Shown here piece after piece: positions 8,370 to 16,855 of a stretch of DNA of 32,000 bases. The notes below the pieces were generated by a model. The model was given only the letters and a program-made list of their open reading frames with translations. It was not told the DNA's origin and did not search any database. Both the position numbers and the translations under genes were made by a program. The number at the start of each line of letters is the position of its first letter. Position 1 is the stretch's first letter. The stretch comes from Cupriavidus necator. GTDB lineage: Bacteria; Pseudomonadota; Gammaproteobacteria; Burkholderiales; Burkholderiaceae. The DNA lies in NCBI RefSeq assembly GCF_016127575.1, contig NZ_CP066019.1, forward strand, positions 150,001 to 182,000, in the 5' to 3' direction.

Positions 8370-9356
8370 ATGACAACCGTTTTGCGCATGCGCCGCGCCG
8401 TGATGGCCGGCCTCGCCGGTACCGCTGTGCTGGGCGCGCCCGCCGCGTTCGCCGCGGACAACTGGCCGGCCAAGCCGATCACCCTGGTAGTGCCCTTCGC
8501 CAGCGGCGGCACCACCGACATCCTCGCCCGCACCATCGGCCAGAAGCTGGGCGAGGCGCTGCAGCAGCCGGTGGTGGTGGATAACCGCCCCGGCGCCGGC
8601 GGCACCCTCGGCGCGGCCAACGTGGCGCGCGCGCCGGCCGACGGCTACACCTTCCTGCTGGCCACCGTCGCCCACACCATGGCGCCGGCCATCTACAAGA
8701 GCCTGCCCTACGAGTTCACGCGCGATCTCGATCCGGTGGGCCTGGTGGCGCTGACGCCCAATGTGCTGGTGGTCAATCCTGCGATCCCGGTGAAGTCCGT
8801 GTCCGACCTGGTCGCCTATATCAAGGCGCATCCCGGCAAGGTCAACTACGGCTCGGCCGGCATCGGCAGCACCGAGCACCTGTCCGGCGAGTTGTTCCGC
8901 GCGCTGACCGGCACCGACGTTGCGCATGTGCCGTATAAGGGCGGCGCGCCGATGATGACCGACCTGATCGCGGGCCAGATCCAGATGGCGATCGAAACCA
9001 GCCCGTCGGCGTCGCAGCACGTGCGCAGCGGCAAGGTCCGGGCGCTGGCGGTCACCACCGCGAAGCGTTCCGCCGCCTATCCCGGCGTGCCGACGCTGGC
9101 GGAGAGCGGCGTCAGGGGCTACGAAGTCACCACATGGTTCGCGCTGATGGCGCCGCGCGGCACGCCCGCGGCGATCGAGCAGCGCGTCTCGGCGGAGCTG
9201 GGCAAGCTGCTGAAGGCGCCGGAGGTGCAGAAGCGGTTTGACGAGCAGGGCGTGACCGCTGGTGACATGACGCCAACGCAGCTTGCTGCCTTTATCCGCG
9301 CCGAGACCGACAAGTGGGGCAAGGTGGCGCGGGAATCGGGGGCGAAGGCGGAGTAA
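8370..9356 (+). CDS. Bug/TctC-family tripartite tricarboxylate transporter substrate-binding protein
   Basis: I prefer the ATG at 8370 (GGAGA 5 nt upstream) over the one at 8346. Signal peptide MTTVLRMRRAVMAGLAGTAVLGAPAAFA, then WPAKPITLVVPFASGGTTDILART...DNRPGAGG. Confidence 0.85.
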   Translation: MTTVLRMRRAVMAGLAGTAVLGAPAAFAADNWPAKPITLVVPFASGGTTDILARTIGQKLGEALQQPVVVDNRPGAGGTLGAANVARAPADGYTFLLATVAHTMAPAIYKSLPYEFTRDLDPVGLVALTPNVLVVNPAIPVKSVSDLVAYIKAHPGKVNYGSAGIGSTEHLSGELFRALTGTDVAHVPYKGGAPMMTDLIAGQIQMAIETSPSASQHVRSGKVRALAVTTAKRSAAYPGVPTLAESGVRGYEVTTWFALMAPRGTPAAIEQRVSAELGKLLKAPEVQKRFDEQGVTAGDMTPTQLAAFIRAETDKWGKVARESGAKAE

Positions 9357-9508
9357 CGGCCTCGCTCACAAGGGCGGCGCTGGCGTTACAGGAGGAGATC
9401 GCGCGGGAGCGGCCGCGGCAGCCGACCGGCTGCCAGAACGGGGGCTGAACACCCCTTGCCGGCAACAGTCCAATGGATGTCGCCAGCCTGAATACGGAGG
9501 AACCCAAA

Positions 9509-10687
9509 ATGCATGACCTTTCCTTCGTTCACGCTGACGCGGCCCACGTCGAATGGCAGGTCGCGCTGGCAGACTGCCAGCGCCAGCTGGACACGCAGGA
9601 TTTCCTGCGCCAGGCGAAGGCAGACAACGCGCCGCCGCTCACGCTCGGCTGGTGCTACCTGAGCGACTACTACGCGCTGGCCGCCGAGGCCATCCTTGCC
9701 GCGCTGCAGCAGAACTGGCCCGGTGTGTCCTGGGTCGGCACGGTCGGCCTGGGCGTATCCGCCAGCGGCAAAGAGTATTTCGACGAGCCGGCCATGGTGC
9801 TGATGGCGGCGCCGTTTCCGCGCGACGCGTTCCAGCTGTTTTCGGGGCGCCAGCCCTTGCCGCCCGCGTCTTCCGGCTTCGTTCCGCATACCGCGCTGGT
9901 GCATGCCGAGGGCAGTACGCCCGATGTGCAGGACCTGTTGCATGAGCTGAGCGCGCGCACGGCCACCGGTTACCTGTTCGGCGGCTTGTCGTCGGCCCGC
10001 AACCGTACCTTGCATATTGCCGATGGCGTGTTTTCCGGTGGACTGTCGGGCGTGCTGTTCGGCCCCGAAATCGAACTGGTCTCCCGCGTCACGCAGGGCT
10101 GCCAGCCGATCGGGCCGGTGCGCGCCGTCACGCGCAGCAATCACAACCTCCTGTTCGAGCTGGACGGCAAGCCGGCCCTGGATTGCATCCTGAATGACCT
10201 CGGCGTCGAGCGCGATGCCCAGGTGGAAACCATGGCGGAGGCGCTGGCCGGAACGCTGGCCGGCCTGAATTCAGCCGCCGACGATGCCCCGGTGCTGCCC
10301 GGCAGGTTCGGCTCGGACACGCTGGTGCGCCACCTGATCGGCCTGGACGTGCAGCATCGCATGCTGGCGCTGGCCGACATGGTCGAGCCCGGCATGCGGC
10401 TGGCTTTCTGCATGCGCAATGCTGACGCGGCGCGCGCGGACCTGGTGCGCGTCGCCACCGAGATCCGTACGGAGATCGAACGCGGCGGCAGCCGCGCACG
10501 TGGCGCGCTCTACATCAGTTGCTCAGGCCGGGGCGGGCCGCATTTCGGCGCGCCGCATGCCGAGCTGCAGACCGTACGCCGCGCGCTTGGCGACCTGCCG
10601 CTGGCTGGCTTCTTTGCCGGCGGCGAGATCGCAAGGGATCACCTCTATGGCTATACGGGGGTGCTGACGGTATTCACCGGCCATTGA
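9509..10687 (+). CDS. stand-alone FIST-domain (FIST_N + FIST_C) putative ligand-sensing protein
   Basis: ATG at 9509 preceded by GGAGGA. About 392 aa with no TM segment or output domain. The C-terminus ...LAGFFAGGEIA... resembles the conserved FIST_C ending (GFxxxGEI). The family call is from memory of the domain pattern. Confidence 0.7.
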   Translation: MHDLSFVHADAAHVEWQVALADCQRQLDTQDFLRQAKADNAPPLTLGWCYLSDYYALAAEAILAALQQNWPGVSWVGTVGLGVSASGKEYFDEPAMVLMAAPFPRDAFQLFSGRQPLPPASSGFVPHTALVHAEGSTPDVQDLLHELSARTATGYLFGGLSSARNRTLHIADGVFSGGLSGVLFGPEIELVSRVTQGCQPIGPVRAVTRSNHNLLFELDGKPALDCILNDLGVERDAQVETMAEALAGTLAGLNSAADDAPVLPGRFGSDTLVRHLIGLDVQHRMLALADMVEPGMRLAFCMRNADAARADLVRVATEIRTEIERGGSRARGALYISCSGRGGPHFGAPHAELQTVRRALGDLPLAGFFAGGEIARDHLYGYTGVLTVFTGH

Positions 10688-11738
10688 ATCCGCGAATGAC
10701 AGCATCGATGTTGCGCATCTGGCGCGCAAACCAGATGCGCAACAGGCTGTTCGACAGGACCATCGGCAGCGAATACGCAATGATCCGATACACCTTGCCG
10801 CGCTGCAGTCTGGACGCCTTTGCCGGGTCCAGCCAGTCGTCGTTGCGCACCAGCAGCAACAGCGTTTCCATGCCGATAAGGACGGGCCACAGGCAAGCCA
10901 GCCGCAGCCGGATAAAACGCGGGTGAATGGCAAGCGTGTACGTCATGGCCTCGCAAAAGTGGTCCAGCGTCTTGCGCACGAGCTCGAGCATCAAGGCCCG
11001 CGCGCGCGGCGAGGCGTCCGCAAGCAGCAGATCCTGCGGGCTCAGGCCATGCTGGTGCAGCATCGTCGCCGGAAGATAGCAGCGGCCGATGCGCAGGTCC
11101 TTGCCGCAGTCCCGCAGCACATTGGTCATCTGCAAGGCTTTGCCGAAGCGGACCCCGCGGCGCAGCATGGCGTCGGGCTTGCCGATCGCGCCAGGCATGT
11201 GCGCGGCGGTCATGCTGGTCCAGAACTCGCCCACGCATCCGGCGACCAGGTACGTATAACGGTCAAGCTCTTCCGGCTCGCGCAGTGCGACGATGCGGCC
11301 GGCGTTTTCATCGGGGAAGGTGCGCAGGTCAAATTCCATGCCCTCGCTCAGGGTCGATACGATCTGCCGTACCGCTTGCCGGTCGTCCGGCTCCAGCTGC
11401 GCCAGCACCGCCAGCGCAGGGCCCAGTGACTCGAGCAGGATGCGCTCGTCCGACTGTTGTTCCTGCCGGCCTGCCACCTCGGTTGCGATGCTGTCGGCCA
11501 GCGCCGTGTCTGCGGTTGCACCGTTGACCTGGTCGCGCAACGACAACAGCAGCGCCAGGCGCCGTTGTGGCGGGATCAGCGAGGTATCGGCAATCGTGTC
11601 GGCGGCACGCGCCAGCAGATAGGCCAGGCCGACCGGATCGCGCATCCGCTCGGGCAGCACGCGCAGCGTGAGATAGAACGAACGCGAGACGCCTTTGAGC
11701 AGCGGACCGAGGAGAAACGCCCGGCTGGGTTCGCGCAT
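10674..11738 (-). CDS. squalene/phytoene synthase family protein, eukaryote-type squalene-synthase-like
   Basis: The start is trimmed to the ATG at 11738 (MREPSRAFLLGPLLKGVSRSFYLTLRVLP...). Motifs present: SRSF; first Asp-rich region ARAADTIAD; YTYLVAGCVGEFW; second Asp-rich region QMTNVLRDCGKDLRIGRCYLP; hydrophobic C-terminal segments. Confidence 0.72.
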   Translation of the reverse strand: MREPSRAFLLGPLLKGVSRSFYLTLRVLPERMRDPVGLAYLLARAADTIADTSLIPPQRRLALLLSLRDQVNGATADTALADSIATEVAGRQEQQSDERILLESLGPALAVLAQLEPDDRQAVRQIVSTLSEGMEFDLRTFPDENAGRIVALREPEELDRYTYLVAGCVGEFWTSMTAAHMPGAIGKPDAMLRRGVRFGKALQMTNVLRDCGKDLRIGRCYLPATMLHQHGLSPQDLLLADASPRARALMLELVRKTLDHFCEAMTYTLAIHPRFIRLRLACLWPVLIGMETLLLLVRNDDWLDPAKASRLQRGKVYRIIAYSLPMVLSNSLLRIWFARQMRNIDAVIRGFNGR

Positions 11739-11775
11739 GGGTGGTGTCCTGTTCCCTGGGAGGTTGGCGAAAGTG

Positions 11776-11815
11776 ACAATGCCCGGGTGGCCGTCAGGCC
11801 GGGCCCGGGCATTGT
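11776..11815. repeat. 40-nt hairpin (12-bp perfect stem) between the hydrolase gene and the squalene-synthase-like gene
   Basis: acaatgcccggg (11776-11787) and cccgggcattgt (11804-11815) are exact reverse complements. An inner ggcc-gtca-ggcc mini-stem lies between them. Confidence 0.5.
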
Positions 11816-11849
11816 ACCTTCGACGCCAGGGGCAGATTGCTGGCACTGT

Positions 11850-12506
11850 TCAGGGCGAGTCCTTGCCGAGATAGCGCTCGAACCACTGCGCCGCCAGGCG
11901 AGCGACCGATTCCAGTGCGCCGGGTTCCTCGAACAAATGCGAGGCGCCGGGCACGATCACCAGCTTCTTGGTGCATGTCAGCTGGGCATAGGCCGATTCA
12001 TTGCGTTCCAGGACGCTCAGGTCCAGCCCGCCGATGATCAGCATGGTGGGCGCAAGCAGTTTCGCAAGGGCGTCGGGGCCCGCCAGGTCGACCCGGCCCC
12101 CGCGCGAAACGACGGCGTGTATCGGGATAGACGACTGGCATGCGGCACGGATCGACGCGGCGCCACCAACGCTGGCGCCGAAGTAGCCGAACCGCTGTGG
12201 CACGGCTTGCTGCCGCGCCACCCAGCTGGTTGCCTGCGCCAGCCGTGTCGCCAGGAGCTCGACGTCGAAGCGGATGGCCTGCACCTGGTCTTCATCCGGC
12301 AGCAGCAGGTCCATCAGCAGCGTTGCCATGCCGCAGCGATTGAGCTCCGCGGCCACATATCGATTGCGCGGGCTAAGCCGGGAACTGCCCGTGCCGTGCG
12401 CAAACAATACCAATGCGACCGCGCCGGGCGGCAACGTGAGTATGCCTTGCAGGTCCACGCCGCCGGCCGGGATCACAACCTCGATGGCTTCTGAATTGCT
12501 CGGCAT
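11850..12506 (-). CDS. dienelactone-hydrolase-like alpha/beta hydrolase
   Basis: The start is trimmed to the ATG at 12506 (MPSNSEAIEVVIPAGG...). LVLFAHGTGSSR, the nucleophile elbow GYFGASVGG (G-x-S-x-G) and a late GASHLFEEPG histidine are typical of small DLH-type hydrolases. Confidence 0.72.
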   Translation of the reverse strand: MPSNSEAIEVVIPAGGVDLQGILTLPPGAVALVLFAHGTGSSRLSPRNRYVAAELNRCGMATLLMDLLLPDEDQVQAIRFDVELLATRLAQATSWVARQQAVPQRFGYFGASVGGAASIRAACQSSIPIHAVVSRGGRVDLAGPDALAKLLAPTMLIIGGLDLSVLERNESAYAQLTCTKKLVIVPGASHLFEEPGALESVARLAAQWFERYLGKDSP

Positions 12507-12664
12507 GGCGCAGTCCTCCGACGGGTGGTGCGTAGACGTGCATCGCGTTGCAATCGCGCCCATCCAAGTCCACTATAGGGCGGGCGTGGCGGCGGGGCCA
12601 GTCGCCGTGTGCAGGTCTCCTGGCGCACGCAATCGACAACCATCCCTTTGGATCAGGAGGAAAC

Positions 12665-13150
12665 ATGAAGACCCTGTTTCTCGTCCGGCATGCCAAGTCA
12701 AGTAAAGATGATCCCTCCTTGCCCGACCGTGAGCGCCCCCTGAATGACCGTGGCCTGCAAGACGCCCCGGAAATGGGCAAGCGCCTGGCCGAGCGTAAGC
12801 TGAAGCCCGACCTGCTCCTGTCGAGTCCGGCCCTACGTGCGCTGACGACAGCGCAACTGATCGCCGACGAGCTCGGCTATGCACGCAAGGACATCGCGCT
12901 CGATGACCAGCTGTACGCCACCAGCGCGGAGCAGTTGCTGGCCGTCGTTCGTGCGCTCGACAAGAAGCTCGATTGCGTGATGCTGTTCGGTCACAACCCC
13001 GAGTTCACCGACTTCGCGCATCGCTTGTCGGACGAGATTACCGACATGCCGACCTGCGCCGTCGCCAGATTCAGCTTCGACACCAGGGCGTGGGAGGATG
13101 TCGGCGAAATCACCCCGTCGAAAGTCACGCTGGAATCGCCGAAGAAGTAA
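12665..13150 (+). CDS. SixA-like histidine phosphatase family protein
   Basis: ATG at 12665 preceded by AGGAGGA. MKTLFLVRHAKS (RHA/RHG catalytic motif), ...LLSSPALRALTTA..., FGHNPEF. About 161 aa, the size of phosphohistidine phosphatase SixA. Confidence 0.8.
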   Translation: MKTLFLVRHAKSSKDDPSLPDRERPLNDRGLQDAPEMGKRLAERKLKPDLLLSSPALRALTTAQLIADELGYARKDIALDDQLYATSAEQLLAVVRALDKKLDCVMLFGHNPEFTDFAHRLSDEITDMPTCAVARFSFDTRAWEDVGEITPSKVTLESPKK

Positions 13151-13275
13151 TCCGATGCCGGCCGCCTTCAGCGTGGCAGTGATATATCCGGCTTGACCAT
13201 ACGGGGCGAAGCGATAAGAATTTGTGATCGCAGGCGAAAGCCTGCCCTCACGCTTCTCTACGCTTGGTCCCACCC

Positions 13276-14202
13276 ATGATCCCACCCGTCAGCACCCTCC
13301 ACGGCCGCCTGAAAATGCAGCACCTGCGCCTGCTGCTGGCGGTGGAGGAGCGCGGTTCGCTGCGCCAGGCCGCCGAGGCGCTGACGCTGACGCAGCCCGC
13401 GGTCAGCAAGATGCTGCAGGACATGGAGGACCTGCTCGGCGTGCCGCTGTTCGAGCGCCATGCGCGCGGGCTGCGGCCCACGCGCTTCGGTCTGGCGGCC
13501 ACGCGCTATGCCCGGCTGGTGTTTGCCGACATGGGCGGGCTGCGCGATGAACTGGTGGCGCTGGAGTCCGGCAAGATCGGACGCGTGCGGGTCGGGGCGG
13601 TGATGGCGCCTACACCGGGGCTGCTTGCCGACGTGATCCGGCAGCTCAATCGCGATCATCCGCGGCTGGAGGTGGCGGTGCACGTGGAGACCAGCGATGT
13701 GCTGATGCCGCAGCTTGAGCGCGACCAGCTCGATATCGTGCTGGGGCGCGTGCCGGATGGCTGGGACAGCAGCGGGCTGGACTTCGAGCAACTGGGCGAC
13801 GAGGGCCTGGCTATCGTGGTCGGGCCGCAGCACCCGCTGGCGCGGCGCCGCAAGCTGTCGTTCGAGGAACTGACGGGCTACCCGTGGATCATGCAGCCGC
13901 GCCCCAGCCCGATGCGCGCGCTGATCGACCGCTCGTTCGAGGATGCCGGCGTGCCGGCGCCGCCGTCGACCATCGAGACCGCGGCGGTGCTGATGACCAC
14001 GTCGTTGCTGGCGGACAGCGAACTGATCGCGGTGCTGCCGGAGTCGGTCGCCGCCTACTACGGCAGGCTTGGCGCGCTGGCGGTATTGCCGCTGCCCCTG
14101 CCGCGCAAGCTGGGGCCCTATGGCATCGTCACGCGGCGGGGCCGCCCGCCGACGGCATCGATGAGCCTGCTGATCGATGCGTTGCGGGCATTGTCGAGGT
14201 GA
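13276..14202 (+). CDS. LysR-family transcriptional regulator (paralogue of the 16856 gene)
   Basis: I prefer the ATG at 13276; the track start at 13264 is a TTG. MIPPVSTLHGRLKMQHLRLLLAVEERGSLRQAAEALTLTQPAVSKMLQDME is a wHTH. The N-terminal extension has the same length and the GRL(K/R)M signature seen in the 16856 regulator. Confidence 0.85.
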   Translation: MIPPVSTLHGRLKMQHLRLLLAVEERGSLRQAAEALTLTQPAVSKMLQDMEDLLGVPLFERHARGLRPTRFGLAATRYARLVFADMGGLRDELVALESGKIGRVRVGAVMAPTPGLLADVIRQLNRDHPRLEVAVHVETSDVLMPQLERDQLDIVLGRVPDGWDSSGLDFEQLGDEGLAIVVGPQHPLARRRKLSFEELTGYPWIMQPRPSPMRALIDRSFEDAGVPAPPSTIETAAVLMTTSLLADSELIAVLPESVAAYYGRLGALAVLPLPLPRKLGPYGIVTRRGRPPTASMSLLIDALRALSR

Positions 14203-14205
14203 GCC

Positions 14206-15789
14206 TCAGCCGGGCATCCCTTGCAGCTTGCCGTCGAGGCGCCACGCGTGGCGTTGCGGGCTGTCCGGGCGCAGCGACGCGGGCAGCAGGCCGGGCGGCA
14301 TGTCCTGGTAGCTGACCGGGCGCAGGAAGCGCGCGATGGCCAGGCTGCCGACCGAGGTGCTGCGGCCGTCGGACGTCGCCGGCCACGGCCCGCCATGCAC
14401 CATCGCATGTCCGACCTCCACGCCCGTGCCGAAGCCATTGACCAGGATGCGTCCCGCCAGGCGTTCCAGCGCTGGCAGGAAGGTGCGGGCGGCGTCGTGG
14501 TCGGCATCCTCGATATGGAGCGCGGCGGTCAGCTGCCCCTCCAGCGCGTCGATGACGCGCCGCATCTCGGTGAGGTCGCGGCAGCGCACCACCAGCGAGG
14601 CGGCGCCGAAGACTTCGTGGCGCAGCGCTTCGTTGGCCAGGAAGACATCGGCGTCGGTGGCGAACAGCGCGGCCTGTCCCTGCGCAGCCGATCCCGCCGC
14701 GCCGCGCGCAACGGTCTGCACTTGCGCATGGCTGGCGAGCGTATCGACGCCGGCGCAATAGGCACGATGGATGCCGGGCGTCAGCATGGTCGCAGCCGGC
14801 AGCGCCCCCAGCCGCGCAGCCGCGGCCTGCAGGAAGCGCTCCAGGTCATCCCCCGCAACCGCCAGCACCAGGCCGGGGTTGGTGCAGAACTGCCCGGAGC
14901 CCAGCGTCAGCGAATCCGCGAACGCCGTGCCGATGGCTTCGGCGCGATTGGCCAGTGCGTGCGGGAACAGCAGCACCGGGTTGATGCTGCTCATCTCGGC
15001 AAACACGGGGATCGGTTCTGACCGTGCCGCCGCGATCGCCATCAGCGCCATGCCGCCGGCGCGTGAGCCAGTGAAGCCGACGGCCTTGATGCGCGGATCG
15101 GCCACCAGCCCTTGGCCGACCTCCAGCCCGGCATCGAACAGCAGCGAGAAAGTCCCTTCGGGCAGGTCCATGTCGTCGACGGCCTTGCGAATGGCGCGGC
15201 CGACCAGCTCCGATGTGCCCGGGTGCGCCGGATGCGCCTTGACGACGACCGGGCAGCCCGCGGCCAGGGCCGAGGCGGTATCGCCGCCGGCCACCGAGAA
15301 TGCCAGCGGGAAGTTGCTGGCGCCGAATACTGCTACCGGCCCCAGCGCGATATGGCGCAGGCGCAGGTCGACGCGCGGCAGCGGCTTGCGTTCAGGTAGC
15401 GCGGGGTCGACGCGCAGTTCAAGGAAGTCGCCCTGGCGCAGCAGGCTTGCGAACATGCGCAACTGCCCCACGGTGCGGCCGCGCTCGCCTTCGATGCGCG
15501 CGCGCGGCAGGCCGGATTCGGTGGTGCAGCGGTCGATCAGGGTATTGCCCAGCGCCAGGATGTTGGCGGCGATGGCTTCGAGGAAATCGGCGCGCCGCTC
15601 GGGCGTGGTCTCGCGGTAGGCGTCGAATGCCTGCCATGCCAGCGCGCAGGCCTGGTCGAGCTGCGCGGGCGTGGCGCCGCCGAATGCCGGTTCGAGGGTG
15701 GCTCCGGTGGCAGCGTCGATGGCGTGGATGGTGCCGTTGCCGCCGCGTTCCGCGCGGCGGCCGATCAGGAGTTCGCCTGAGATTGTCAT
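14206..15789 (-). CDS. NAD(P)+ aldehyde dehydrogenase, alpha-ketoglutarate semialdehyde (2,5-dioxovalerate) dehydrogenase-like
   Basis: 527 aa. ATG at 15789. ALDH catalytic region EMSSINP ... [10 protein letters not shown] (Cys nucleophile). The length, N-terminus and pairing with a DapA-family gene resemble KGSADH genes of acid-sugar and hydroxyproline pathways. Substrate assignment is an inference. Confidence 0.78.
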   Translation of the reverse strand: MTISGELLIGRRAERGGNGTIHAIDAATGATLEPAFGGATPAQLDQACALAWQAFDAYRETTPERRADFLEAIAANILALGNTLIDRCTTESGLPRARIEGERGRTVGQLRMFASLLRQGDFLELRVDPALPERKPLPRVDLRLRHIALGPVAVFGASNFPLAFSVAGGDTASALAAGCPVVVKAHPAHPGTSELVGRAIRKAVDDMDLPEGTFSLLFDAGLEVGQGLVADPRIKAVGFTGSRAGGMALMAIAAARSEPIPVFAEMSSINPVLLFPHALANRAEAIGTAFADSLTLGSGQFCTNPGLVLAVAGDDLERFLQAAAARLGALPAATMLTPGIHRAYCAGVDTLASHAQVQTVARGAAGSAAQGQAALFATDADVFLANEALRHEVFGAASLVVRCRDLTEMRRVIDALEGQLTAALHIEDADHDAARTFLPALERLAGRILVNGFGTGVEVGHAMVHGGPWPATSDGRSTSVGSLAIARFLRPVSYQDMPPGLLPASLRPDSPQRHAWRLDGKLQGMPG

Positions 15790-15809
15790 GCCTTGTCCTT
15801 TCGATGAGA

Positions 15810-16742
15810 TCAGCGGGCCCAGCGCAGCACCAGCGGATCGAGCCGGCGCGCAATCTTCAGCAGCCCTTCGCGGGTGGCCGGGTGCATCGGCTGCAGCGGA
15901 TGACGCACCGCGTCCGATGCGATCACGCCGCCTGCCTGCATCAGCACCTTGCTGGTGGCCAGCCAGCCTTGCCGGTTTTCATAGTTGATCAGCGGCAGCC
16001 ATTGCTGGTAGCGCTGCGCGGCCAGTTCGGCGTCGCCGGCCTGCCACGCATCGAGGATCTGGCGGATGCCGTCGGGGAAGCCCGCGCCGGTCATGGCGCC
16101 GGTGGCGCCCGCTTCCAGGTCGGCCATCAGCGTGATGGCCTCTTCGCCGTCCCAGGGGCCGACGATGGCGTCGCCGCCCAGTTCGATCAGTTCGCGCAGC
16201 TTGGCCGCGGCCTGCGGCACTTCGATCTTGAAGTACGACACATTGCCGATCTCGCGCGCCATGCGCGCCAGGAACGGCGCGCTCAGGGTGGTGCCGCTGA
16301 CCGGCGCGTCCTGGATCATGATGGGAATGTCGATGGCATCCGAGACCGTGGCGAAGAACTCGTAAATGCTGCGCTCGGGCACGCGGATGGTGGCGCCGTG
16401 GTAAGGCGGCATCACCATCACCATGGCCGCGCCCGCATCCTGCGCCGCGCGGCTGCGCTCGGCGCACAGGCGCGAGCTGAAATGCGTGGTGGTGACGATC
16501 ACCGGCACGCGGCCGTCCACGTGTTCCAGCACGGTCTTCATCAGCACGTTGCGCTCGTCGTCGCTCAGCACGAACTGTTCGGAGAAGTTGGCCAGGATGC
16601 AGATGCCGTGCGAACCCGCATCGATCATGAAGTCGATGCAGCGGCGCTGGCCGTCGAGGTCGAGGCCGCCCTGCGCGTCGAAGACGGTGGGCGCTACCGG
16701 GAATACGCCGCGGTAGACGGTGGGGGATGGGGTGCGGGTCAT
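15810..16742 (-). CDS. dihydrodipicolinate synthase/N-acetylneuraminate lyase (DapA) family enzyme, probable 2-keto-3-deoxy-acid dehydratase or aldolase
   Basis: 310 aa. ATG at 16742 with GGAGGA upstream. TIM-barrel DapA-family pattern ([10 protein letters not shown]..., [15 protein letters not shown], candidate Schiff-base Lys in SYFKIEVP). It is 20 nt upstream of the aldehyde dehydrogenase on the same strand. Confidence 0.82.
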   Translation of the reverse strand: MTRTPSPTVYRGVFPVAPTVFDAQGGLDLDGQRRCIDFMIDAGSHGICILANFSEQFVLSDDERNVLMKTVLEHVDGRVPVIVTTTHFSSRLCAERSRAAQDAGAAMVMVMPPYHGATIRVPERSIYEFFATVSDAIDIPIMIQDAPVSGTTLSAPFLARMAREIGNVSYFKIEVPQAAAKLRELIELGGDAIVGPWDGEEAITLMADLEAGATGAMTGAGFPDGIRQILDAWQAGDAELAAQRYQQWLPLINYENRQGWLATSKVLMQAGGVIASDAVRHPLQPMHPATREGLLKIARRLDPLVLRWAR

Positions 16743-16855
16743 GGACTCCTCCGGCTGCTTGTGAATTGGATCGGGCCAATATACGAGCCGCCATCCGGGC
16801 TGTATATTGAAACCTTTCCATCTGGTGATCGCTTTTGCGACTCACAGATTTCTTC

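Noticed and set aside
11835-12220. Sigma-54-like TGGCAC motifs (about 11844 and about 12205).
   Set aside because: The downstream -12 element is missing at the first site. At the second, the GG-to-GC spacing is two nt short, and the site lies inside the hydrolase coding sequence.
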